A DNA stretch of 64,000 bases from Vulcanimicrobiales bacterium (lineage in GTDB: Bacteria > Vulcanimicrobiota > Vulcanimicrobiia > Vulcanimicrobiales > Vulcanimicrobiaceae): NCBI GenBank assembly GCA_038215615.1, contig JBBQQR010000003.1, positions 1 through 64,000 on the forward strand. The letters are read 5' to 3'. The number at the start of each line of letters is the position of its first letter. Positions within the stretch are counted from its first letter, which is position 1. Below the pieces are notes generated by a model. The model was not told the origin of the DNA. It saw nothing but the letters and a program-made list of their open reading frames with translations, and searched no databases. This document shows positions 29,536 to 39,995 of this stretch, one piece after another. Position numbers and translations under genes: made by a program.

Positions 29536-29582
29536 TGGCTCCGGATGTTGGACTCGAACCAACGACCCGCTGATTAACAGTC
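29536..29582 (-). repeat. att site: exact 47-bp duplicate of the tRNA-Asn 3' end
   Basis: Identical to 36051-36097. Confidence 0.97.
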
Positions 29583-29739
29583 CGTTCCGGCGAGCCCTTA
29601 TGCCTACATAAGAATACGACAAACGACGTTAATTTGTGAGGCTTTTGCAGGTGTCGCGGCTTGTTAAGGCACGAAAGCCGACGGCAAGAAACGGCAAGGC
29701 CTATTGCTGTGGCAGTTGCTGTGTAGCACGGTCAAAATG

Positions 29740-30417
29740 CTAAGGCGAAACCGCGGAGACTAACCTGCCGTGGTCAAAGGTGTAAACCTTTTGCACGGCG
29801 TCCGCTTGACGATAAATCCAGACAAAACGGTGTGCGCCGTCCTGCTTCCAATCGTCAGGCCGCGCGTCAACGTTGTCGCTGCGAAGGCCGCCGCGTGCAG
29901 AAATGACGTTTTGCTCATCCTTTGACAGGACATCCCATACCAGCGGATTGGTCACTTGCTTTACTGCGCGGTATGCGTCATAACTCCAAGGCTTGGACAT
30001 CCCCTCAACCAACTCCGCCTGAAAATATGTGCAAATTACATCGTGAACAACCGCACAAGCTCGGACTCCCGTCACACCCGCTCGGAACATCAGTTTCTGC
30101 CGCCGGTCGAAATCTTCAGGAGACCGCGGTTGCATCGACCTCGCCGCGGATTCCGTTGCCGCCACAAGTCTGAGTGCCGTGTCTGCGCTTTTTTGCGCTT
30201 TAGCTAGGCAAATAATAGCGTCCCACACACCCACATCTCGGCTACAGGCCTGCCAACTAGGCAAACTCGTGACCGAAGCATCGGTAACGTAGTTTTCGGC
30301 GCTATTTGCCCAATCGTCAACATTGTCGGCAAGCGCCGCAACAGTGCATGTGAGCAAGAATGCAACGAAGGCAACGGCGGTTTTTACAGTAGCCGCTCCT
30401 ACTGTGCCCGTACCCAT
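29740..30417 (-). CDS. Exported hypothetical cargo protein
   Basis: Hydrophobic signal ending ALA-D; start uncertain (30417/30441); TGnTAAAGT -10 upstream of 30417. Confidence 0.7.
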   Translation of the reverse strand: MGTGTVGAATVKTAVAFVAFLLTCTVAALADNVDDWANSAENYVTDASVTSLPSWQACSRDVGVWDAIICLAKAQKSADTALRLVAATESAARSMQPRSPEDFDRRQKLMFRAGVTGVRACAVVHDVICTYFQAELVEGMSKPWSYDAYRAVKQVTNPLVWDVLSKDEQNVISARGGLRSDNVDARPDDWKQDGAHRFVWIYRQADAVQKVYTFDHGRLVSAVSP

Positions 30418-30501
30418 GCGCCCGCGAAGACACTTTATCATGACCGCGCCGTTCGACGCCGGAAGCTCACATCCATGTACCATCCAAGCAAAGACACGTC
30501 A

Positions 30502-30696
30502 TCAACCTACAATGGGCCGCCAGGTGCTTCGACGGGCTCCGAAGCCGCCATAGACGCCGCAAGCCTCCTCTCCGCGTATCGTTACGCCCGAGAACCCGCT
30601 GTGCGCGAGAGCGAGCGCAATAACCGCGTCGTCATGTTGTCCTGAAGGCGCGCTGAAGCGTATGTTTCCTGAACCGGATGTCATGAACTCGAAAGC
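30502..30696 (-). pseudogene. C-terminal remnant of terminase large subunit
   Basis: AFEFMTSGSGNIRFSAPSGQHDDAVIALALA matches the HDD.V.ALALA end of TerL nuclease domains. Confidence 0.75.
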
Positions 30697-31193
30697 CGGT
30701 GACGCTTTGCAATCTCAACGACCGACGCGGCGAAGTCTGCGGTGCCGAGTCGCCCCTCGACCTCCGCGACCGCTGCCGGGTTCGTTCGGATCGCGGCCGC
30801 TAAGTTGTAAACGTGCTCGCGTTCGCGGCGCTCGTTCAAAACGTCGGGCGCCTGGCCGTCGATGTTCGTGACCTCGAGGCGTTGCGAGTACGTTTCCGGA
30901 GCCGTCCGTTCGAGAATCCACGTCGCGGCTTTAACGTCGCCCTTCGCTACCGCCGCGAAAATCGTTTCGAGGCATCGACCCCGCATCTTCGACCTTTCGC
31001 CTTGCAACCGCGCCTCGAACTCAGGATCGACCATTCTCCGCGCCTGCATCGTGTCGAACTTGACCCCGCTCGTCCAACAGGCGTCTTTTAGACTCGCTCC
31101 GGTTGCGACGCGCTCGAAGAAAATAGCTGTCTGCTCGTCCGTCCACGGCGTCAGACCCCTCGGCCGCCCGCGACCGCGCTTTTCGTTTGCCAT
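30681..31193 (-). CDS. Terminase small subunit-like protein
   Basis: GRP...G.SL..AC..SGV..T...DPEF...AA.W.LER..P..Y pattern; directly precedes the TerL remnant. Confidence 0.72.
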   Translation of the reverse strand: MANEKRGRGRPRGLTPWTDEQTAIFFERVATGASLKDACWTSGVKFDTMQARRMVDPEFEARLQGERSKMRGRCLETIFAAVAKGDVKAATWILERTAPETYSQRLEVTNIDGQAPDVLNERREREHVYNLAAAIRTNPAAVAEVEGRLGTADFAASVVEIAKRHRLSSS

Positions 31194-31384
31194 GAAGGTA
31201 ACTTCGCGGGGGTTGAGCCGTGCTGCTTTTCGGAGTTTCCGCGCGCGAGGGTCCAAAATAATCACGGCGGGTGTTTTTTGCGAAGTTTTACGCTATTTGC
31301 GTCTTCTCCCTCATTTGGGGTATGGGGGCGGGCGGATCTTCAACGGAACCGGGGTCGCCCGGAGCGATGGGGTCTTTGAGGGGC

Positions 31385-31454
31385 TCCAGCGGGAATGGGT
31401 CGGTTGGGCTGGGATTTTCCAGCGGGAATGGGTCGGTTGGGCTGGGATTTTCCA
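31385..31454. repeat. Perfect 33-bp tandem duplication
   Basis: TCCAGCGGGAATGGGTCGGTTGGGCTGGGATTT x2 plus TCCA. Confidence 0.95.
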
Positions 31455-31892
31455 TATGAAGCAGCGGTTCGACGGGAAATTGGCGTTTTCCACCCTTGCC
31501 CGCCCTGCTCGCAGGAGCATCGCGCTCCATCGATTCTGACACAAACCCCCTTGCGGAAGATGCGGGCGCGCCTTCTGCGCCTTGCAACGGGCCGCCAGAA
31601 AGCATACTACGTTTCGCAAACGGCAGGCGATCAGCGTTCGTGCATTCTGGGCCCTTTTGCTGTAACGGGTTGCTGTGTCCATCGGAATATGGCGCAAAAA
31701 CGCCCGTCGGTATTGAGTTTCTCGTGTGATGACACCCTGTCTATACAACAGCGGCAAGCGGTTTCTGTCGCGAATCACCGAGTTTTTACGTGAGTTTACA
31801 GGCTCACGCGTAAATGCAACCGCGCCGCCAGGTTTCAGCACCAAGAATCCTGATTCAGCACTCACCAAACTGCTCACCTAGAAGCCTCCGTG

Positions 31893-31996
31893 AATGACGC
31901 ATGACGCAGGATGACGCTGATTCCATTAACTCGCCTATAGAGAGAGAGATAGAAGCAACAATAGGAAAGGTGCGTCATGGTGCGTCATGCGTCATT
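31893..31996. other. Putative replication origin with inverted iterons
   Basis: ATGACGC x3 (31894, 31901, 31911) and GCGTCAT x3 (31972, 31982, 31989) around a 54-bp AT/purine-rich spacer at the 3' end of the helicase gene. Confidence 0.8.
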
Positions 31997-33441
31997 GGAT
32001 CCGAGTCGCGGAGGTGGATGCCGTCCTTGAGTCGCGCTTTCGTTGTGCGTCTATCCTCGACGCCGTCTTTTTCGCTGAGCCGAATGGAAAATGGGTTCTT
32101 TGGAAGAGGTTCTCGGTCGCCGTTATCTTTGCAGAAGGCAAGATAAGCCTCGTGAAGTGCGGCTACGGTTTCGGTGTACTGCGGTCCAATCTCGCAACGG
32201 TCGGCGAGGAACCCGGCGACGCTATCTTGCTCGGCGCGGTAGGTTTCCGTCGCGGCGCGGACGGCCGACGCTTTTGGCAGGCCGTTCTCGTACCATGCCT
32301 GCGCGCCGGAGGTCGCCCAGGTGAGGATTCCAGGCAGTTCGGCAATCAGCTTCTTGGTAAGGTCGCCGTCGCGTTCGGCTTCTGGAATAACGACATCGAA
32401 GGGTATCTTTCGGATGCGGCGCCACATAGCGTCGGAGGTGTCGGTGATCTTCGGGTCATGGTTGGTCGCAAGCCAGATTGTGAACTGCGGGACATACGTC
32501 TGGTTCGCGGCGTAGAGATGGCGCGCGGTGACCGGGTCTCCCCCCGTCAATGCTTTCATAAGTGCTGGAGCGAGTTTGCGGTGTTCTTCGGTCTCCGTAA
32601 CCGTCACGAGCCGGGCGCCCTTCATCGCCGCGAGGTCATTCGTCGGCCTCTCGACTCGGTGTTGCATAAACGTCTCGGCGGCCGCGTGTTGCCCGTACGA
32701 ACCGAACAACGCGCTGACGACGTTGAGGAAGGTGGACTTTCCGGTCGCGCCGCGTCCCATCAACATGAACCAGACCTGTTCTTCGGTCGATCCGGTAAGC
32801 GAATATCCGACGGCGAGGCGAAGCAACTCGATAAGCTCGGGGTCACCGCCGCAGACGCGATGAATGAACGCATCCCATGTCGGCGCGACGGCATCTGGGT
32901 CGTAGGCCGTTCCCGCGGATCTCGTGAGGTAGTCGGCCTGTCTAGCCGTTCGAGATTCGCCAGTCCGAAGGTCTACCACGCCGTTTTGAACCCCTAACAC
33001 ATAGGGATCGCTGTCGAACTCCACGTCTTTAGCGGAAAGCTTGAACTGCGCGATATTGAGCATGTTGTCGAGACCCTTGCGGCTGAGCGATTTGTTCGTC
33101 CAAATCGCCAACTTGAGCGCCGAGTCCGTCGGGAGCGTTGCCGCAGCCTGATACAATGCGCGGACGGCCTCTTCAGTTATGCGCCGCGCTTCTTCGTCAC
33201 AGTCTTCACGCCAGATCGTGCCGTCGAAAATGCGCCACCGCTTAAGCGGATGGTCGAAAAGCATTCGATCCCGGGCGTAAGCGACGAGCCAATCGCCGTT
33301 CCCGGCCTCGTTTGGCGACTTAAGAAGCCGGGCGACGGCATCCTGTGGGAATGCGGTCCGCACGACTTCATCTAAGGCGCGCAATGGCGCACTTTCGACG
33401 TTTGCCCCGGCGTGTGATAAACTGGATCTTGGATTCTTCAT
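31975..33441 (-). CDS. P4-family phage/plasmid primase C-terminal region (D5_N + SF3 helicase)
   Basis: W..FDG..W, NGVVDL, GRGATGKST Walker A, K.LTGGD...AR.LY, AMWRR; no recognisable primase catalytic domain. Confidence 0.92.
   Translation of the reverse strand: MKNPRSSLSHAGANVESAPLRALDEVVRTAFPQDAVARLLKSPNEAGNGDWLVAYARDRMLFDHPLKRWRIFDGTIWREDCDEEARRITEEAVRALYQAAATLPTDSALKLAIWTNKSLSRKGLDNMLNIAQFKLSAKDVEFDSDPYVLGVQNGVVDLRTGESRTARQADYLTRSAGTAYDPDAVAPTWDAFIHRVCGGDPELIELLRLAVGYSLTGSTEEQVWFMLMGRGATGKSTFLNVVSALFGSYGQHAAAETFMQHRVERPTNDLAAMKGARLVTVTETEEHRKLAPALMKALTGGDPVTARHLYAANQTYVPQFTIWLATNHDPKITDTSDAMWRRIRKIPFDVVIPEAERDGDLTKKLIAELPGILTWATSGAQAWYENGLPKASAVRAATETYRAEQDSVAGFLADRCEIGPQYTETVAALHEAYLAFCKDNGDREPLPKNPFSIRLSEKDGVEDRRTTKARLKDGIHLRDSDPMTHDAP
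33395..33423 (+). promoter_or_regulatory. Antisense promoter inside the 5' end of the helicase gene
   Basis: TCGACG - 17 bp - TAAACT with TGTGn extended -10. Confidence 0.6.
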
Positions 33442-33477
33442 AGTCCACTCAGGCGGCGTCGTAAGCGCCGCCTTTTT
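33430..33477 (+). ncRNA. Predicted ~48-nt countertranscribed antisense RNA over the helicase start and SD
   Basis: Promoter above plus AGGCGGCG-7nt-CGCCGCCT-TTTT terminator (33451-33477) with its U-tract only on the + strand. Confidence 0.55.
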
Positions 33478-33540
33478 CTATCGGTGACTCCCGTCGTGAG
33501 GCACGGAAGAGTGCGTCAGGAATCGCGGCGGTCTGGGAAT

Positions 33541-33783
33541 CTAGCCTTCAGCTTGTCGGCGCCGCGGGAAGACCCACTCTTCGCGTGGTCCGCGCTGTTC
33601 ACTCTGCGCAATAAAGGCCATCAAGGCGCTCTGACGGATGCGGCGGCGCTTACCGATCATGACGTAGCCCAACTCGCCAGAGTTCATGAATCCGTAAATC
33701 GTCGGCATACTCACGCCGAGTATTGCTGACGCTTCTTTTCCGCTCAGAAGCCTCTCCTCGGGCACAATAGCAAGTTTTGGCAT
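33541..33783 (-). CDS. Excisionase-like helix-turn-helix protein
   Basis: LLS.KEA..ILGVS..TIY....GEL....IG.RRRI...L..FI; AAGGAG SD. Confidence 0.9.
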   Translation of the reverse strand: MPKLAIVPEERLLSGKEASAILGVSMPTIYGFMNSGELGYVMIGKRRRIRQSALMAFIAQSEQRGPREEWVFPRRRQAEG

Positions 33784-33900
33784 ATCTTCTCCTTGGGGGG
33801 TTCGGCCGCAAAAGGCCGAGCCTCGCTTAAATGTTACCAAGTTTTACTGGCGAAAGGAAGATATTGTTCAATTGTGCCGAAAACGACTTTTCAGATAACT

Positions 33901-34821
33901 ATGAAAAAACGACCAGGTAGGCCAACCCGCCCCACCATCGAGGGCGCCCGAGCGGTACACATCCGGCGCCGTCTCATTGCCTTGTTGCTGCACTCGTCGC
34001 TCTCGTTTGAGGATCTCGCAGAACTGCTCGCGCCATTGGAGCAGGTCGCGGATCTTGTAGCACCCCCTAATCGTTCACTCGGCCTATCGCTCGCAAGCAT
34101 CGTGACCGACATACAGTTGCGAAAAGTCCTAGATCCAAAGACGCGCCGTAAGGCCGCCACAGCACCCATAGACGCGGAACGCGGCATTCTGTACGACCTT
34201 ATTTGCGACAAACTAGCGATGGGCGCCGACAACCCCTTACACGTCGCTATTGGTTTGGCACTCAAGGACGTAGACGATGACGAGCCTGCGAATCGCAAGA
34301 GTGCCCTAAAGTTCATCGATCACTATAGCCGGGCCGCGCGCACCGCCGCCTCGACGGACGGGGACAATCCATTTCCAACTACTAACACGCAAAAAAAGCA
34401 ACTAGAAAAATGGGGCGGCATTAGCGAAGTGATGCTGTTCGTTTTGGCACCCGGCTATCTGCGGCGTTCACTAGAGGTCTACGCAAGGCGCCTTAGGCAT
34501 CACGCCCTTCGTGGGTTTGAGAAAGAGTTACGCACTAGTAAGCGCGACATCGTGCTGTCTCTCTCCGAAGCGATGCCGCGCGCACAAACGGGGCGGACGC
34601 AAAAAGTCCATTTGGAACAGGACCTTAGCCGCCTAGACCGGATCGCCGACCGCTTCGAGAAGACGAGCGGAACCCTCGCAAAACTGCGCCGCAAAGGCGA
34701 TCCAAACACGTCGCGCCCCACCTCCGAAGCAGAACTTGAAATCAAACGGTTCATTTTCGGCCGTGACGCGGACGGGCATCCTCACCCAGACCTCTTAACC
34801 TTAAAAAGGGAGACCTCATGA
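33901..34821 (+). CDS. Hypothetical protein coupled to integrase (repressor position)
   Basis: 306-aa ORF, atypical codon use, N-terminal KKRPGRP, ATGA overlap with int, divergent from excisionase. Confidence 0.7.
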   Translation: MKKRPGRPTRPTIEGARAVHIRRRLIALLLHSSLSFEDLAELLAPLEQVADLVAPPNRSLGLSLASIVTDIQLRKVLDPKTRRKAATAPIDAERGILYDLICDKLAMGADNPLHVAIGLALKDVDDDEPANRKSALKFIDHYSRAARTAASTDGDNPFPTTNTQKKQLEKWGGISEVMLFVLAPGYLRRSLEVYARRLRHHALRGFEKELRTSKRDIVLSLSEAMPRAQTGRTQKVHLEQDLSRLDRIADRFEKTSGTLAKLRRKGDPNTSRPTSEAELEIKRFIFGRDADGHPHPDLLTLKRETS

Positions 34822-35954
34822 ATCGCAAACGGCGCGGAAACAACGAAGGCTCGATCTATCAGCGCAAGGACGGCTGGTGGGTTGCGGCGGTATCTGGCGG
34901 CTACGACGAAACGGGCCGTCATCTGCGCCGATCCGTCTACGGTAAGTCGAAGGCGGAAGTCCGCGAAAAACTGCTCGCGCTGCAAAGTCAGGTGAAGTCG
35001 GCGGGACGCGTCAAACGCCCGAGCGTCGAAACTTTGACTTCCTTTTTGACGGCGTGGGTCGATCATGTCGTGAAGCCGAAAGTGCGCGAGACGACCTATC
35101 GCAGCTATGAGATGACCATGCGAGTCCACATCTTCCCGCACGTCGGCAAAGTGCGGCTCGACGAGTTCCGCGTCGCCGATGTCAGGCAGTTGCAGAGAAG
35201 GGTGGCGGCGACCGCTAGTCCGCGCACTCAGCGGCTCGTTCACACAGTTCTGCATAGCGCCTTGAAAGAGGCTGTGCGTGACGAAAGAATATCGCTAAAC
35301 CCCTGCGGCCGAGAACTAGTTGACGCGCCGAGGTACACCCCTCAGCAGATAAGGCCGCTAACGACTGAACAGGCGCAAGCCCTGCTCGATGCTGCGCGCG
35401 GGGACCGTTTAGAGGCCCTGTACGTTCTCGCCCTGACGACTGGAATGCGCTCCGGCGAACTGTTCGCGCTTCATTGGGAGGACGTGGATTTGAACGTCGG
35501 GTCGCTGTCTGTCCGGCGCTCGTTACAAAATATCAATGGAAAAACGCTGCTGGTCGAACCGAAGACCAGGGCTGGTAAACGCCGCATCGACCTTGCGTCT
35601 CTTGCGGTCGCGGCGCTTCGAGAGCATCGCAAGCGCCTTCTTGCTGAGGGCCTGGCGGCGTCCGCTCTCGTCTTTCCAAGCAGTTCGGGGTCGCCGCTTC
35701 AAAGCCGGAACGTTACCAGGCGCAGTTTTGAGCCGCTCCTGGCGAAGGCCGGACTGCCGCGGATCCGTTTCCACGACCTGCGGCACACCTTCGCGACGAC
35801 GATGCTCACCCAGGGCGTCCATCCGAAAGTCGTGCAAGAAATGCTCGGTCACTCAAAGATCGTGGTGACGTTGGATACCTATTCGCATTGCGTCCCGTCG
35901 ATGCAAAAAGAGGCCGCGGCCCGGCTCGATTCCATCTTCTCACGAATGGGCTAG
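34818..35954 (+). CDS. int: Tyrosine recombinase / phage integrase
   Basis: RG..EGSIYQRKDG.W arm-binding N-terminus; TGMRSGE, FHDLRH, LGHS, TYSH catalytic motifs. Confidence 0.97.
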   Translation: MNRKRRGNNEGSIYQRKDGWWVAAVSGGYDETGRHLRRSVYGKSKAEVREKLLALQSQVKSAGRVKRPSVETLTSFLTAWVDHVVKPKVRETTYRSYEMTMRVHIFPHVGKVRLDEFRVADVRQLQRRVAATASPRTQRLVHTVLHSALKEAVRDERISLNPCGRELVDAPRYTPQQIRPLTTEQAQALLDAARGDRLEALYVLALTTGMRSGELFALHWEDVDLNVGSLSVRRSLQNINGKTLLVEPKTRAGKRRIDLASLAVAALREHRKRLLAEGLAASALVFPSSSGSPLQSRNVTRRSFEPLLAKAGLPRIRFHDLRHTFATTMLTQGVHPKVVQEMLGHSKIVVTLDTYSHCVPSMQKEAAARLDSIFSRMG

Positions 35955-36016
35955 TCGGCGACTTGCTGTAGACTATTGCTGTAAACCGCCCGCAACAGGG
36001 CAACTATCAGAAAATA

Positions 36017-36049
36017 GAACGCCCATCCCCTTACAGGACGGGCGTTTTT
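36017..36049. terminator. Element-supplied bidirectional terminator between int and tRNA
   Basis: AACGCCCATCC...GGACGGGCGTT stem flanked by A- and T-tracts. Confidence 0.7.
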
Positions 36050-36050
36050 A

Positions 36051-36126
36051 TGGCTCCGGATGTTGGACTCGAACCAACGACCCGCTGATTAACAGTCAGC
36101 TGCTCTACCAACTGAGCTAATCCGGA
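36051..36126 (-). tRNA. tRNA-Asn (GTT), 76 nt, CCA encoded
   Basis: TCCGGAT acceptor, TAGCTCAGTTGGTAGAGC D arm, CTGTTAA anticodon loop, GGTTCGAGTCC T arm. Confidence 0.98.
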
Positions 36127-36153
36127 CTGCGCTCGGCCTGTTCTCCGCACACG

Positions 36154-36184
36154 AAAGCGGCACCCGTTTCCGGGTGCCGCTTTT
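36154..36184. terminator. Terminator-like hairpin
   Basis: AAAGCGGCACCCG-TTTC-CGGGTGCCGCTTT perfect 13-bp stem. Confidence 0.75.
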
Positions 36185-36208
36185 GCACTTACGGGTTGGT
36201 GGAAGTGG

Positions 36209-36805
36209 TTACGGGCCCGCTTGGCGGCGGACCAGCAAGGGACGCGTGAGCGTCAACTGGATATTCGCCCCCGGCGAGAGCGTGAGGTTGGCTTTTTTGT
36301 TTTGGCCGATCAGGAATCCGCCGGCCGCGCCGATCAGGCCGCCGATTCCGGTGGCGGCGTGAAAGATCGTCTTGGCGACGATGTTGCCAGCGATCAATCC
36401 GCCGATCGTCGTCAGCACGGTATGGCCGCCGCTCTTCTTCTGTTGTGTCGTACCTGCGCCGGTCACTTCAGCATTAATCGGATAGGACGAGCCGTTTGCC
36501 AGCGTGATCGTCGAGAAGTTCAGAAGCAGCTCCGGGTTGCGCCCTTGGCCGGCCGGCGTCACCTTAACGACTTCGCCGCTGGCGACGGCATTGGCTAAGT
36601 CGGTGTCGCCCTCGGGATACGGCGGAACGACGCGCGCGGTGAAGCGCTCGCCGACGTAGGCCGAGCCCGTGTCGAGCGTGCTCTGCATCGAAAGGTTCAC
36701 ATTGTCGCCCTTGGCAAGTGTGACGGTCGTTTGCGCGAACGCGAACGACGGCGCCGCGAAAGCCGCGAGCATCGCGACGGCCGCGATTTTGCTGCTAAAA
36801 TTCAT
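36209..36805 (-). CDS. Secreted protein with C-terminal glycine zipper
   Basis: AAGGAG SD, signal peptide ending AFA, GGLIAG...GGLIGAAGG. Confidence 0.85.
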   Translation of the reverse strand: MNFSSKIAAVAMLAAFAAPSFAFAQTTVTLAKGDNVNLSMQSTLDTGSAYVGERFTARVVPPYPEGDTDLANAVASGEVVKVTPAGQGRNPELLLNFSTITLANGSSYPINAEVTGAGTTQQKKSGGHTVLTTIGGLIAGNIVAKTIFHAATGIGGLIGAAGGFLIGQNKKANLTLSPGANIQLTLTRPLLVRRQAGP

Positions 36806-36862
36806 GCAGTCTCCTTTGGCTGGCAGCGTTTTAGGAAGTAACGTCACAGCGCCGCCGGGAGT

Positions 36863-38095
36863 TCAGTGCTTGGCGAAATCGGGGACTTTGAGCGCGTCGG
36901 CGCTCAGACCCGAGGCCGCGCGCAGCGCCTCGACCTTGTCGAGTTTCTCCCACGGCAGATCCAAATCGGGGCGGCCGAAATGCCCGTAGGCAGACGTTTG
37001 CCTGTAGATAGGGCGGCGCAAGTCGAGGCGGTCGATAATCGCCGCCGGCCGCAGGTCGAACGTCTTGGCGACGATCTCCGCGATGCGGTCCTCGGGAATC
37101 TTTGCCGTGCCGAACGTTTCGACCGAAACGTTCATCGGACGCGCGACGCCGATCGCATACGCGACCTGCACCTCGCAGCGGTCCGCTAAGCCGGCCGCTA
37201 CGATATTTTTCGCAACGTGCCGCGCGGCGTACGCGCCGGAGCGATCGACCTTGGTCGGATCTTTTCCCGAAAAAGCTCCGCCGCCGTGCCGCGCCATCCC
37301 TCCATACGTGTCGGCGATGATCTTGCGTCCGGTCAACCCGGCGTCGCCCTTGGGACCACCAATCACAAAGCGGCCCGTCGGGTTCACATAGATGCGCGTA
37401 TTCGCATCGCGCAGCGATGCCGGAATAACGTGATTGATCACTTTTTCCGTGATTTCGCTGCGGATCGTTTCCAGCGCGATGTCCGGATCGTGCTGCGTCG
37501 AAACGACGACCGCGTCGATCCGCACCGGTTTATCTCCGTCGTACTCGACGGTGACTTGGGATTTGCCGTCCGGACGAAGGTACGGAATATCGCCATTTTT
37601 GCGCAGCGCGGTCAGGTGGCGCACCAAATTGTGCGCCAGCACGATCGGCAGCGGCATCAATTCCTCGGTGTCGCGGCAAGCGTACCCGAACATCATACCT
37701 TGATCGCCGGCGCCCAGACGCTCGTAGCGGTCGTCGGGGTGCTCGCCGGCCTTGGCTTCGAGCGAATTGTCGACACCCAGGGCGATGTCGGCCGACTGCT
37801 CGTCGATCGAAACGCTGACGCCGCACGTTTCAGCATCGAATCCAACGGCAGACTTCGTGTAACCGATGTCTTCGATCACCTGGCGCACGATGCGCGGAAT
37901 ATCGATGTAGGTGTTGGTCGTAATCTCGCCGGCGATGTGAATCTGCCCGGTGATCGCAAACGTCTCGCAGGCGACGCGCCCTTGCGGGTCCGCTTTGAGA
38001 ATCGCATCGAGCACCGCATCCGAAATTTGGTCCGCGACTTTGTCGGGATGCCCCTCGGTTACGGACTCGCTGGTGAAAAGACGACGGAATCCCAT
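36863..38095 (-). CDS. metK: S-adenosylmethionine synthetase
   Basis: [28 protein letters not shown]. Confidence 0.98.
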   Translation of the reverse strand: MGFRRLFTSESVTEGHPDKVADQISDAVLDAILKADPQGRVACETFAITGQIHIAGEITTNTYIDIPRIVRQVIEDIGYTKSAVGFDAETCGVSVSIDEQSADIALGVDNSLEAKAGEHPDDRYERLGAGDQGMMFGYACRDTEELMPLPIVLAHNLVRHLTALRKNGDIPYLRPDGKSQVTVEYDGDKPVRIDAVVVSTQHDPDIALETIRSEITEKVINHVIPASLRDANTRIYVNPTGRFVIGGPKGDAGLTGRKIIADTYGGMARHGGGAFSGKDPTKVDRSGAYAARHVAKNIVAAGLADRCEVQVAYAIGVARPMNVSVETFGTAKIPEDRIAEIVAKTFDLRPAAIIDRLDLRRPIYRQTSAYGHFGRPDLDLPWEKLDKVEALRAASGLSADALKVPDFAKH

Positions 38096-38096
38096 C

Positions 38097-39980
<1,884 letters not shown>

Positions 39981-39995
<15 letters not shown>

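Larger units (their letters stand above)
29536..36097. mobile_element. ~6.5 kb PICI-like phage satellite / reduced prophage integrated in tRNA-Asn
   Basis: 47-bp direct repeats, tyrosine integrase beside the tRNA, excisionase HTH, P4-family helicase, iteron origin, TerS, TerL remnant; no capsid or tail genes. Confidence 0.92.

Noticed and set aside
31385..31454. 33-bp repeat as a CRISPR array
   Set aside because: Two head-to-tail copies with no spacer and no cas genes in the window
31311..31877. 188-aa minus-strand ORF in the satellite
   Set aside because: Has a GGAGG before GTG but no recognisable motifs and runs through repeats; cannot be supported as coding
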